From Octopus vulgaris (Eukaryota): a DNA stretch of 64,000 bases. Both the position numbers and the translations under genes were made by a program. The notes below the pieces were generated by a model that made no database searches, was not told the origin of the DNA, and saw only the letters and a list, made by a program, of their open reading frames with translations. Location: positions 78,058,001-78,122,000 of the forward strand of contig OX597825.1 in NCBI GenBank assembly GCA_951406725.2. Direction: 5' to 3'. Shown here piece by piece: positions 40,526 to 53,800 of this stretch; position 1 is the first letter of the stretch, and every line of letters starts with the position of its first letter.

Positions 40526-42824
40526 CTGTAATTTTATAGAAAACCTGCAATACAGAAAGTTTACAAAACACGTTGGCAAGATTCTTATACCAGCTTGAAG
40601 TATGAATTCTTCAAGTGCAGGTACAGTAAACTTAACAGGGCCCTGATGCTGCCGATTATTAATGCAGCGTTAAGAAATGCAATAAAAATATTGAGAACAG
40701 ATCCTGAAAAACGCTGCTCGTAACTTCCTACCGGTCCTCATCCAACTGCAATTCTGACACGAACCAAATCCTAAGTATTTCTTTTTGATGACCATTGATC
40801 TATCCACGCATTAACGCGGTTCAGCAGAGATGTGTGTCTGCATAAATCGAGCTGCAAGAACAAAGAATTGTCCGCGTGAATACATGTTCCTATAAAAACC
40901 TAATACTCCAGTCTGGTGCCAGCGAGCGCCATTTCCGTGCTGTTTCATATCATTATTGTGACTTCGTTGAAGTATATCCCCACAGTTCCCTGCATTTCAA
41001 GTTGGATGTTCTATCAGTACATTTAGCTTCGGCGGGTGTTGTTCAGGAAGCCAAAACGTACAGAAACATTGAAAGAAAATACACTTCACGGATAGAACGA
41101 ACATGAATTTGAAGCAGCTACGTATGGTCGCCATCTGAGCAAATTAGTATTCCCCTATTCTTACCACCATAAATGTGAGGCATTCAATGGAGTGGTCATC
41201 ACTCCTTGCGTTCTACTTGTCTTCGGTCGGACCTCAGTACTTCTATTTTTGATTTGATTTTCTGATACCCATGATAATTCACCCCATTTCTTCACTCTTC
41301 CTTCAGACGCAAAGCATTCGGATGGCAGGACTACTTGTGATTTATGTCCTGTTCTGCATCATTTGTTCCCAGGTAACTCAGTAGCAGCGGAGGTGGTAGT
41401 CCTCCCCGGTACGCCTACTTGTTGCCCTTGCTAAATCTTCTTTCGTCCGCAGCCCTCTATCCTCATCACCTCCACCTCCTCATCTAGTTAGAAACCTCTC
41501 AAAACGTCTCTTACTCTCAAACGTATAACAACTGTGCTTTCTACTCTGAACTGCGAGTGTGGCTGTATTTCTCTGTTCCCACGATGGGCTAAAACTCCAT
41601 GATAGTTTTATGGTCATCGGTGGTCATAAGGACCTGCTTGCCTATTCAAATTTCACTTGCCCATATTGTGGGGTACCTTTGTGCTCATCACTTTTTGTGC
41701 GAAAGCCACTGTCCATGTAATCGTACTGTCCATGACTCTTACGTTTAGCTTCTCTGTATATTCCTCCAAACTGCGGCAATGTGAGTGTGACACACAAGCT
41801 CCTGCTGCTTTCCCGCCACGTCTAGTGTTTTACAAACTAAACACAAATTTCCGTACAACCTGCTCTGCTCGATGGAGTGCTCATTGTGCCACATATTAGC
41901 CAGAGTTTCTTGTAACTATTATTTCGGGTACATATAGAAGCCCCCAGTTTTTACGATAAACAAAGCTGTTACGTGCTTCCTTTCTTTTTCATAAAAAAAA
42001 TTCCACAATTAAAGATTTACTGTCTTTTGTAATATACTAATCCTTGTTTTCTTTTTCTTTTCCCGAACATTCTTCATATCCAATGTTTCTTTCAGGCTCG
42101 TAACGCTAGCAAACAATGAGCTGCTGTTGCTGTCCTAGTTGTTAAAGTTTACTCTGTCGCTACTTATATCTTTGGTACATGTCAATGTGTAAATGTCTGT
42201 TTTAACATGTGTCTGCGTGTTTGTTTTTAGTTGTTTGCATGTTTTTACAAGTATTGTTTAGTGTTACATTATTTTGAGGGCATTTTAGTCGCAGCTGTAC
42301 TCCGTTTAGTTGCCTCCCCAAAAGATGGCCAACTTGAATTGTACACAATGTATGAAAAAATAGATTAGATCTGTGTATAAGATAAATTTAATTGCTCTAA
42401 ATCTGGGTAATAAAATGGAGCCTCAAGCAACCTAAATACATTTTAAAATATTTTTTATCATGTGAATAAGGGAAAATCGAAAACTTCTCCACAGGACCGA
42501 TATTATAAACGGCCATACATGTATTCCAACAGCAAGGGCAACAGCAATTATAAAAGTTTCTTATTTAGGCTTCAGGCCATTAATTTTGAAGGAAGGAGTT
42601 ATACAATACCCCCAACCACAGTACGAGGAGGGTACCTTATTTGATCGACGGGATTTGAACTGATGATCTTAAGACTGGAGCAAACGTTCTAATGATTTTG
42701 CCAACCGAAATAATAACAGTTTCTGACTGTGAGGAAGACGTTAGTCGATGCCTTCGACGCTAGTTCTTCAATGGAACCTGAAGAGATGAAGGATATTTAT
42801 AATCAGAAGTTAAAAAGCAGGGAA

Positions 42825-43023
42825 CACAAGGCCTGAAATTTTGGGGGAGTGAGGTGCTAATCGATTACACCGACCCCAGTGTTTCATTGGTACTTAATTT
42901 ATCGACCCCGAAAGGATGAAAGGCAAAGTCGACCTCGGCGGAATTTGAACTCAGAACGTAAAGATGGATGAAATGACGCTAAGCAATTCGCCCGGCGTGC
43001 TAACGATTCTGCCAGCTCGCCGC
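42825..43023 (-). mobile_element. SINE family B, well preserved
   Basis: GGTACTTAATTTATCGACCCCGAAAGGATGAAAGGCAAAGTCGACCTCGGCGGAATTTGAACTCAGAACG...GCCAGCTCGCCGC. Confidence 0.88.
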
Positions 43024-43024
43024 T

Positions 43025-43103
<79 letters not shown>

Positions 43104-43105
<2 letters not shown>

Positions 43106-43450
43106 GCTGTGTTGTAAGTAGCTTGCATGGTTCCGGGTTCAGTCCCATTGCGTGGCACCATAGGCGAGTGACTTGTGAGTAGATTTAGAAGATGGAAACT
43201 GAAAGAAGCCCGTCGTATGTGTGTGTGTGTGTGTTTGTGTGTTTGCGTGTCTGTTTGTCCCCCTACAATCGCTTGACAACCGATGTTGGTGTGTTTACGT
43301 CCCCATAAGTAAGCTGTTCGGCAAAAGAGACCGATAGAATAAGCACTAAGCTTACAAAGATTAAGTCCTGTGGGGGTCGACTTGTTCGAGTAAAAGGCGG
43401 TGCTCCAGCATGGCCGCAGTCAAATGAGTTTAAACAAATAAAAGAATAAA
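43104..43450 (+). mobile_element. SINE family A with internal deletions
   Basis: TGGCTGTGTTGTAAGTAGC...GGGTTCAGTCCC...GAAAGAAGCCCGTCGTA...GCTCCAGCATGGCCGCAGTC. Confidence 0.85.
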
Positions 43451-43813
43451 GTAATAAAATAATAATAATCGAATCAGTTGGGCGGCAGTGTAAGAAATCG
43501 CAGGATGAGAGAGAGGCCAGGATTCCAAATTTCTTTTTTCCCACCACCAGACCTTTCAGCGCCATTAATAATGAATATCAAGAGAAAGCAAAGAGAGAGA
43601 ATAAAACAAGGTGATTAGAAGTGAGCTGATACGTCCGTTTAGTAAGTACTTTGCAAACATTTTAGTGTGTTGAAATAGTTAAAAGCATTTGAGTTATTTT
43701 GTCGATATATTGATAAGTAAAGACGACGTTGTTGTTTCTTTTAAACAGCCGAAAAGCCATGTTGACTGATGTGTCACGTGTTCGTGTTAAGTCGAGAAAA
43801 ACGGGGTCGGTTC

Positions 43814-43864
<51 letters not shown>

Positions 43865-44130
43865 TAATGGAGAAAGTGGCAGAATACATGATTCGACAAT
43901 TTGTTAGATTGATTTTTTTTGTTTAATTTTCAAAGTCAGGTAATCTCGCCCTGTTTATGATTGACTGTTTAGTGTCAACAGAGTCAACAGCTGTTGTCTC
44001 CTCCTCCTCCTCCTCCTCTTACCTTCAGTCGTTTGTACGGAGAACTAACACGTACCTTCTACGTTTCAAGAGTGTTTGCTGGAAGAGTAATTCTATTGAC
44101 ACAAGTGCCTAAATATAATCTGCTGGAGTG

Positions 44131-44163
44131 TAATGATAATAATAATAATAGCAATAATAATAA

Positions 44164-44194
<31 letters not shown>

Positions 44195-44213
44195 AAGAAG
44201 AAGAAGAAGAATG

Positions 44214-44283
<70 letters not shown>

Positions 44284-44343
44284 CAATATAATAATAATAA
44301 TAAAAATAATAACAACAATATAATAATAATAATGATAATAATG

Positions 44344-44419
<76 letters not shown>

Positions 44420-44497
44420 CAACAATAATAATAATAATGATGATAATAACGATAATAATAATAACAACAACAACAACAATAACAACAACAAGAAGAA
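44131..44497. repeat. (AAT)n/(AAG)n/(AAC)n compound microsatellite
   Basis: Direct reading. Confidence 0.95.
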
Positions 44498-44500
44498 ATA

Positions 44501-44923
44501 GGCTACAGCAAATATTCTGCTCAATACCACAGATTTTCTTGTCAGTTGTTTGACCTTAACCAGCATGTCCCATAGTGGTTGACGATATGTACATCTCTGA
44601 TCACGAGCAGAAGTAGTAGGGGAGCATCATAGCCATGTGTTGAGAGGGATTCTTTGGGGTTTGGATAATTCACCTCTGGAAACATGGGCGTTTTGTTCAA
44701 CATCCTTAAACAACCGTTAATCAGGGAAGTTTTGAGTGGGATGGGTTACTCGACCAGAAGAAAATTCTAACTGGGCCCCCACCTGCAAGGTCATGCGCCG
44801 TTTATCTTGGTATGAGAACACCATCTAGTGTACCCTTATCAGACGGGTAGTCATGCTGGGTATACTGGGCTTCGTATATTTTACCCCAGTGTCACTTTGA
44901 TGGTTTGCACTGCTCTCTCACTC
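44501..44923 (+). mobile_element. Family E retroelement 3' UTR
   Basis: Homologous to 39310-39765 with an internal deletion; ends in (AAT)n. Confidence 0.8.
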
Positions 44924-45237
44924 AATAATAATAATAGGAAGAAGAAATAATAATAAAAATAAGAACACCAAGGCAGATTTTGAAGAAACTATGGTACATC
45001 GGAATTTAGACTTAGCAGCAAAAATGTGAAGAATTGCCTCTCCTTTACACAAATGGAATCCGTTGCGATGACTTGGAGAATATAGGATTTTGGTTCTTCT
45101 CATATTTCACAGGGACAGGAATCTGTGGAAGAAATGAGAACGAACCATTTTACATTCTATGTATGTTTAACTACAACTATGTATGTATGTATATATGTAT
45201 GTATGCATCTATGTATGTAGGCATGTTTATATGTATT

Positions 45238-45270
<33 letters not shown>

Positions 45271-45685
45271 TTATGTGTATGTATGTTTACATATATGTAT
45301 GTGTGTATGTATGTATGTATGAATGTATGTATGTTTGCATATATGTATGTATATTTGTGTGTGTGTGTGTGTGTGTGTGTGTATGCATATACGCATGTAT
45401 GTATATATGTATGCATGCAGTAATATATGTATATATATAATGTAAGTATGTATGTAAATATTTATATATGTATGTATGTATGTATGTCTGCTCTTTCCAA
45501 TTTATGATTATTTGAGGTCTTCCTGTAAAGAAGGTGCTGGTTTCTAACAAAGTTACATAGCTTCATCGTCAGCGATTGTATATACATATATGTATGTATG
45601 TATGTATGTGTGCATGTATATGCGTATGTATGACTGTATGTATATGTATAAATAATACGTAAATGTGTATTTACAAATGCATGTA

Positions 45686-45722
<37 letters not shown>

Positions 45723-46096
45723 TATATTAAATCTCTGAGTGAGATGTAAACAGTAGCAATACGGAATTGTAACATATGATTGCCAACCAAGTGTGGCGTC
45801 CTAAACGGGACAGTGTTACTAACGTTTATAGCCCCAGTAAGACATCTCTTCCAGCTGGCTAACGACACACTGTCTGTGTCCGATTAGTATTTGGTTCGCA
45901 ATTATATATATATATATATATACATACATAGTTGAATAAGAAGTAGAATGTCCTGAGTACAGTATTATTTATTTGAAAAGAGGAATAGCAATGGGTTTTC
46001 TGATAATTTTTACACTTTAGTAATTGAATGATTATAAGTTTACAAAAGGTGGCTCTGATAGGAGAAACTCCTGCCAGAGTCATATATATGTATAAA

Positions 46097-46990
46097 TCTT
46101 ATACATAACTGACAATTTCAGTCTATCTGTCTGAGCTCTCTGTCTGTCTATTACCATCTTGATGCCTACATCAGTGAACCAATTTTGACGAAACTTTGCA
46201 TACATGTTAAACTAACATCCAGTTGAATTATAGGCTAATTGGATTTCAATAAAAATCTATAATGGACCTCCTATGTGGGTGGCTGTAGCACATGTTTACA
46301 TATCAATAACACATCTACTGATATGAATTGAGTAAGTCTTCTGTACGTCTCAACCATGCACTCCTTCATGTATACAGCATGCGACTTTTGTGAGAACAAC
46401 TCAGCTTTCCGAAAGAAAAACAATTCTGCATGCAGCGCCCGAAAGTCACGCTAAGGTCACATTAAGGACAATTGCAAGATTCGTGGATAGGAGATGGAAC
46501 AATGTAATGACCAATGACCTGGATGCTGGTTTACCAAGAGATTAATTTGTTGAATTAAGTCCAAATCACCGTAACAGCTTAATCATTTTTATCGCGCAAC
46601 GCGAGATACGACCATGCAGGGATAAGCTCCGAGACGTGACAACGCCAGTTACAATACGCAGACCATTTGTCAATATATTTGTAAATCTATTCACTTATCT
46701 AATTTATTTTACTCACATGCATATTCGTTTGTTAAAATACTAAAGGGACATTCCGTATTCACCCACAAATCGAATTAATAGTTTGTAACACCTATTTTTT
46801 AGCAATAAACTATTACCATAAAAGACGTGTTTGGGATAAAAACGGGAACTCATTTAAAGACGGTGAATTCATTTATTTTCCTCAGATGCATATTCGTTTG
46901 TTAATACAATATAGGGACATTCTTGATTCTCCGACTAATTGTGTTAATAATTTGTAATACCTATTTTTTGCAATAAACTATTACCATAAA
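46097..46990 (+). mobile_element. Possible non-autonomous Helitron (5' end) with an internal ~169-bp-period duplication
   Basis: A|TCTTATACATAA, (TGTC)n, AACCAATTTTGACGAAACTTTGCA; 46702-46822 repeats at 46871-46990; no 3' CTAG hairpin found. Confidence 0.45.
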
Positions 46991-47001
46991 GGTTAATAAA
47001 A

Positions 47002-47159
47002 TATTTTAGTCAAGCAAATCGACCCCAGGACTTATTCTTTGCAAGCCTAGTACTTTTTCTATCGGACTCTTTTTGCCGAACCGCTAAGTTACGGGGATGT
47101 ACACACCAACATCGGATGTCAAGCAATGTTGGGAGTAACAAACACACACACACACACAC

Positions 47160-47229
<70 letters not shown>

Positions 47230-47342
47230 TACATATATACGACGGGATTCTTTCAGTTTCCGTCTTCCATGTCAACTCACAAGGCTTGGTCGGCCCGAGG
47301 CTATATTAGAAGACAATTGCCCAAGGTGCTACGTAGCGGTAC
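47002..47342 (-). mobile_element. SINE family A, truncated at both ends
   Basis: ATCGACCCCAGGACTTATTCTTTG...GCCGAACCGCTAAGTTACGGGG...GCCCAAGGTGCTACG. Confidence 0.85.
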
Positions 47343-48228
47343 ATATGTATATATATATATATATATATACAACTTATATATGCAACTTAAACGCGTTCTT
47401 ATAGTGATGAATTATATGGTTATGGACGATGTGTCTAGTTTCGGCATATTTGGCATTAGAATTTTTTTTTCTTTTGCCCTTGTTTATAAACCGTTTATAA
47501 ATTTAACGTTTAATGGTATTTTTTAATATGCTGGCCATTGATAAAATATTTTTCGAAAAATTTTATCCTATATTTTATATATATATATATATAAATGTCA
47601 CTGACAGAGATATTGGTTGGTCCGATGTGATAGTAGAAGACACTTGTCCAAGACACTTTTTCAGTGGGATTGAATCCAAAACCAAGTCGTTGCAAACCGA
47701 GTTTCGGAACCACAGAACCATGTCTGCGCTTGTGGGAAATTCTCAGACAATCTTGTTCTGAATTTCAGTATGGAACAAAGACAAAAAAACGCAGAAGAAG
47801 AATGGTAGGTACAACCACATCATACCATTCACTTCCCCACACCCATAGGGCGTAGATATATAGGAGAGTAGCTTGACATTTAAAGACCTTCAGGTTTAAA
47901 ACTCTCTCCCCCGCCAAAAGGCAGTTACGATGCATTCATCTCTAGCATTCCAGGTCAGCCATCTGCGAAAAAAAATTCCATTTTAAGCAGATCAGCTTCC
48001 ATCGTTTTGTTAATCCGTCAACTAGAGATGCTGTGCTGGCAGAAAAACTCAACCCCAAGAGTGATATCGGATACTTACATACATATGTAGGGTAGATACA
48101 AAAGGTTATAAATATTCATCACTGAAAACGATGCTCCAGCATGGCCTTAGTTCTGTTTGTTAAAACACAATTAGACATACACGAGTGTGCGTATGTGCGA
48201 GCGGGTTTCTTTGTGTGTGTGTGTGTGC

Positions 48229-48293
<65 letters not shown>

Positions 48294-48543
48294 CGTGTGT
48301 GTGTGTGCTTGTGCGAATGCGAAGGACTTCTGCAGAGCTTCTGTCTGCAAAATCGGTCGGTTCAGTGCCTTAGAGCAAGACACTCGCCAAGGAAGCGGCG
48401 CTGTGTTACTCGCACATGCACACCAAGGAGTACAGCGAATACGGATTTATACATACATACATACATACATATTTATATAGAGATATATGCATGTGTGTGT
48501 GTATGTGTGTATGTGTGTATGTGTGTGTGTGTGTGTGTGTGTA

Positions 48544-48604
48544 TCCAGCTGAGTGGAATGGAACAACGTGAAATGAAATGTTTGCTCAAGAACACAACAC
48601 ATTG
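48544..48604 (-). mobile_element. SINE family D fragment
   Basis: CAGCTGAGTGGAATGGAACAACGTGAAATGAAATGTTTGCTCAAGAACACAAC. Confidence 0.7.
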
Positions 48605-48690
48605 CCCAAATTACAAGTTCAGGTTTATACCTGTAATTATTGGGGCCTTGGTATATGTAACACACTGCATAAATAGCAATCTTGAGAAAT
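48605..48690 (+). mobile_element. Family F retrotransposon endonuclease C-terminal fragment
   Basis: PNYKFRFIPVIIGALVYVTHCINSNLEK, matching the (V/I)P(V/I)(V/I)IGALG-type motif; followed by (CATA)n. Confidence 0.7.
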
Positions 48691-49046
48691 ACATACATAC
48701 ATACATACATACATACATACATACATACATACATACACGTATACATACGTACACATATACATACATACATACATACATACATACATACATACATACATAC
48801 ATACATACATACATACATACATACATACATACATGCATGCATACATACGTTGCTTTATGTCGAACAAATGAGAAGGGCGTACTCAATATATGCTACAGAG
48901 AAAATTACTTTTAATTAGAATATAGCTGAGACTTTCACGACTCGAGTTTAACGCTACTACGATCTTCCAGTTAACCACAACAATCTGTATCTAACATCTA
49001 TGTCTATATTCAGTTGTTAGTCACTTCGAGTATGACGAAAAGGACG

Positions 49047-49130
49047 GACCCTGACGAAGCTCCACCAATAATATTGCAAGGCTGCATTTGCAACAATGAG
49101 TAGTTGCTGCAGCGGAAACACGTGTAGGTC
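49047..49130 (+). ncRNA. Type I hammerhead ribozyme, canonical core, long stem II insert
   Basis: GACC-CTGACGA-AGCT...AGCG-GAAAC-ACGT-GTA-GGTC; palindromic stem III ACACGTGT. Confidence 0.72.
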
Positions 49131-49158
49131 ATTATAATAGGCTGTATATAGATATAAG

Positions 49159-49542
49159 TGGAGGCGCAATGGCCCAGTGGTTAGGGTAGCGGACTTGCGG
49201 TCGTAGGATCGTGATTTCGATTCCCAGACCGGGCATTGTGAGTGTTTATTGAGCGAAAACACCTAAAGCTTCATAAGGCTCCTGCAGGGGGTGGTGGTGA
49301 ACCCTGCTGTACTCTTTCACCACAACTTTCTCTCACTCTTTCTTCCTGTTTCTGTTGTACCTGTATTTCAAAGGGCCAGCCTTGTCACACTCTGTGTCAC
49401 GCTGAATCTCCTCGAGAACTACGTTAAGGGTACACGTGTCTGTGGAGTGCTCAGCCACTTGCACGTTAATTCCACGAGCAAGCTGTTCCGTTGATCGTAT
49501 CAGCTGGGACCCTCATCGTCGTAACCGACGGAGTGCTCCTAT
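49159..49542 (+). mobile_element. Full-length tRNA-derived SINE family C with a 14-bp TSD
   Basis: A box TGGCCCAGTGG, B box ATTTCGATTCC; TATATAGATATAAG at 49145-49158 and 49543-49556. Confidence 0.92.
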
Positions 49543-49590
49543 TATATAGATATAAGATAGTTTTTGTGGGATGTACAAGTCTGCCTACTC

Positions 49591-49963
49591 TTTATTACCT
49601 CTGCCTTAGCGAATGTGAGGTGTTGTTTTCAGTTGTGTTTGTTTGTTTGTCCGTGGACATGTTATCTCAAGAATCGCCAGATGGATTCGGATGAAACATT
49701 CATAGTTGTTCGGCTGCGGGACTGGCACAAGCTGATTAGATTTTGGGATCGATCCGTTATTGAACATGAATTTTGGATCATTTTTCCGGTCTTTTTTTAC
49801 TTAATTTTTGAGAGCAGTCGGGGTTCATTTTTAGCATTCTGGTTTGTGAGAGCAATCGAGTGTATTTCAGATATTCTCATTTTAAAAATCTTCTCTGGCT
49901 AATCGTTTGAGAGGACGTTGGTGTTGCCTTGGCGGAGGTCTGCGCTCTCTAAGAGCTCTTTTT
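49591..49963 (+). mobile_element. HINE/Helentron-like (DINE-1-type) non-autonomous element
   Basis: T-rich ends, subterminal inverted repeats ACCTCTGCC (49597) and GGCGGAGGT (49931), (GTTT)n seed, 3' hairpin GCTCT-CTA-AGAGC. Confidence 0.7.
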
Positions 49964-49991
49964 ATTATTAATATTAGATAGATAGATAGAT

Positions 49992-50347
49992 AAGTTTCTT
50001 TATTGGCCACACAGGGCTGCACACAGATGGGACAAGTTACAAGGTAGAGCTTTTTTGGGGGGGATAAAAAAAGGGGGGGTTTGGTTTTCGATCAAAAGGG
50101 ATCGTAAAGGGAAAGAAAGAGGACAAAAAAGGGGGGAATAAAATTTTAAAAAAAGGTGGGGGTGAAAGGGAAAGGAAAAAAAATTGATCAATAGGGATCG
50201 TTATCACAGAAATGTCAATATGAAGTGTAAAGGGGAGGACAGGTGAGGTTTCCCGTGGAAAGAAAAGCCTACGGAAAAGACCACGGTAACCTCGGTCAAT
50301 GAAATCACATGTTATATTTCTTTTTTTTTTGCAAATAAGCAACTCTG
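49992..50347 (-). mobile_element. Family G retroelement 3' end in (GATA)n
   Basis: Longer copy of 9125-9272; AATAAA then (TATC)n; (GATA)n on both sides. Confidence 0.78.
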
Positions 50348-50448
<101 letters not shown>

Positions 50449-50686
50449 CCGTTGCAGTATGCGTGTGGTATAGAACTTGTGTTCGTTCATTAGTTTTTCC
50501 ATGGTTGTGTCTGTTATTCCTATAAAATGGTGTTTGTATTACTTGCATTTGAAAAAAGAAGCGTTCGTAATTTATTTAATTTATTTATAGTCAGTGAGTG
50601 GGGGGTGGGCGTGTTTGCTTATTTATGTTTGTTTATTTTTTATTGTTTGTTTTTATATATCTACATATATGTTTATATGAATATAT

Positions 50687-50732
<46 letters not shown>

Positions 50733-51040
50733 GTGTGCGTGTGTGTGTATACATATATATACACAGACACGCACATATGGATACATATATATATACACAG
50801 ACACGCACATATGTATACATATATACATACACAAATATACACATACGTATTTATATATACATATACATATTTATTCATATAAATATAATTGTATATAAAT
50901 ACATGCGTATATATATATGTATTGATATGTGTATGCGTCTGTGTGTATAAATATATATATATATAAATATATATATATATACACATATATATATATATGT
51001 ATATATATGTATATATATGTATATATATGTATATATATGT

Positions 51041-51115
<75 letters not shown>

Positions 51116-51473
51116 CATATATACATCTATATGTATGTGTATATATAGAGCGAAGACAGACAGTATAGACGTGTGCGTTTATTGGAAAGTATGCGCATGT
51201 GGGAATGCAAGTTTGAGAATGTGTGTGTGTGTGTGTGTGTGTGCGATCGTCTGCGTGTTTGTGTATTTGGCTATAGAAGAAAAAAAGGACGGTGATTGGT
51301 TGTTCTTAAACAGTCAATTCTTCGAGGTGGCCAATGCAGCTTTTTTCTTCGTAATTAAGATCATTGAATTAAATTATTCACCCGGAACTGGAACCTCCAT
51401 TTATCAAATGATGTATTTATATTCATGCAATGGGCGGAAATTGACCACAGTCACCAATATGTAGATGTATGTG

Positions 51474-51620
51474 TGGCTGTGTAGCTAAGGTGTTTGTTCT
51501 GTAACCCCATAGTTCCGGGTTCATACCTACATCGCAGCGGCAGCCGAGTCGATCGAGGGTCAAGTCTTTGTGAGTCAGTTTGATACACAGAAATTGTGCA
51601 GCAGTCTGATGTGTGTGTGG
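51474..51620 (+). mobile_element. Degenerate SINE A 5' part
   Basis: TGGCTGTGTAGCTAAG...GTTCCGGGTTCATACC...CTTTGTGAGT. Confidence 0.55.
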
Positions 51621-51790
51621 ATGTGAGTTTGTGTGGGCACAGCTAGGTAGACGGAGAGAGAGGGAGGGAGAGGGAGAGAGAGAGGTGAGATGGACGGACA
51701 GACAAACAGACAGACAGATATGTGACCGTGTGTGTATCGTTGGCGATTTCTTTTCCTCTGTCTCCCCTTCTTTCGATCTTTCCTTTTCCT

Positions 51791-51827
51791 ATGCTTCTGA
51801 CGAATAGCTTCGCTCGAAACGTCATAT
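51791..51827 (+). ncRNA. Family I-like hammerhead motif, canonical core
   Basis: CTGACGA-A-TAGC(TTC)GCTC-GAAAC-GTC; stem I eroded. Confidence 0.5.
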
Positions 51828-52004
51828 CCTCCTTTTTTTCTTTCCTGAGCATCCAATAACACTATACTTGTTCCACGTCCTCGCGTTCTGTTTTCTCTTT
51901 GTGTTTTCATGTTTGGAATACCTTTAGATAAATAAATACATAGGCAACCAGGTAGACAGACAGATAGTTGGCTAGATAGACAGAGAGACAGACAGACAGA
52001 CAGC

Positions 52005-52091
<87 letters not shown>

Positions 52092-52114
52092 ACAGACAGG
52101 CAGACAGACAGACA

Positions 52115-52575
52115 TACTGGAGCACTAGAATATGTAACACTACCTAAATACTAATATTGAGAAATTAGGCTTCTCAAAACCAGAAAGGAGAAAGCTGATT
52201 CGAAGACCACAGATCCAGTCCATCACTGGAACTAAAATTCTGTAAAACTTTCCAGATGTTTACCATTTAAGGATATATGAGCTTTGCTTAGATATGCAAA
52301 TATATGCATGAGAATACATACATAAAAGAAAACATACAAATCTGTACACATACATACACACATACATACATGCACACATACATACATACATACATACATA
52401 CATACATACATACATGCACACATACATACATACATACATACATACATACATACATACATACATACATACATACACTGTTGATGTTTTTGAAATCCCAATG
52501 AAGGAGCTTTGGATCTAGGTTAGAAACCGGCTCTTTCTCTATTGGCAAGAAATCTTGAAATAAAACTGAATAATG
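52115..52575 (+). mobile_element. Family F retrotransposon 3' end
   Basis: Homologous to 9534-9896; ends TAATG then (CATA)n; internal (CATA)n expansion. Confidence 0.75.
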
Positions 52576-52861
52576 CCATACATACATACATATATACATA
52601 CATACATGCATACATACACACATACATACGTAGACACATACATAATTGTGTGTTGGCATGTTGCGTGTGTGTATTTGTGTGTGTGGTATCTGTGATTGCT
52701 CCTCTACCACATGACAACCTGTGAAGGTTTGTTTACATCCTTGTAACTTAACCAATACAACATGCACCAGACTTATTCAAGTAAAACGTTTAAGGCGATG
52801 TCCCAACATCATCACAGTTTAATGAATGAAACAGATTACAAATAAAGAACATTAATAATAA

Positions 52862-53440
52862 TGGTTTCAAATTTTGGCACAAGGCTAGCAATTTCGGGGG
52901 TGGAGATGAGTCAAATACATCGACTCCATTACTCAACTGGAGTACTGGAGTCGATCAACCCAGAAAGAATGAAAGGCAAAATTGACCTCGGCGGAATTTG
53001 AACTCAGAACATAAAGACGGATAGAATTCTGCTAAGCACTTTTTTCCGGCGTATTAAAGATTCTGCCAGTTCACCGCATTATATAATAATAATAATAATA
53101 ATCCTTTCTATTATAGGCAAAAGGGCTGAAATTTGAGGGGAGGAGGCCTGTCGATTACATCGACCCCATTGTTTCACTGGTACTTATTTTATCGACCCCG
53201 AGAGGATGAAATGCCAAGTTGACCCCGGTGGAACTTGAACTCAGAATGTAGCTACAGGCGACCTAGCGATTCTGCTTTAATGATAATAATAATCTTTTCT
53301 ACTATAGGCACGAGACCTGAAATTTTGGGGGAAGGGGACAGTCAATTCGATTGACCCCAGTATGCAACTGGTACTTAATTTATTGACCCCGAAAGGATGA
53401 AAGGCAAAGTCGACCTTGACGGAATTTGAATCCAGAACGT
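52862..53440 (-). mobile_element. Three head-to-tail SINE B copies separated by short (AAT)n
   Basis: Units at about 52862-53078, 53103-53275, 53294-53440, each with ATGAAA.G.CAA..TGACC..G..GGAA.TTGAA. Confidence 0.85.
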
Positions 53441-53707
53441 CTTTAAGACGCTTGCATATAATAATAACAACAGCAACAGCCGAAGAAAAGACGGAATTTT
53501 TATGTAATCGATCTCACCTGCTAGACATAACAACCGAATCCCATCATTACCTGCATGCCACGAATTTTATCGAACACACTAAAAAAAGGGATGAAATTAA
53601 AGATGAGATTGGACTATTTTGAAATCCTACATGAAGGAACCGAATCATATTACTACATACCATCTCGATATTGCACCACCACTTCCACCACCACCATAAT
53701 AATAATG

Positions 53708-53800
<93 letters not shown>

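Noticed and set aside
49159-49235. tRNA gene
   Set aside because: The tRNA-like head continues into a SINE body bounded by a TSD; same for the other SINE heads
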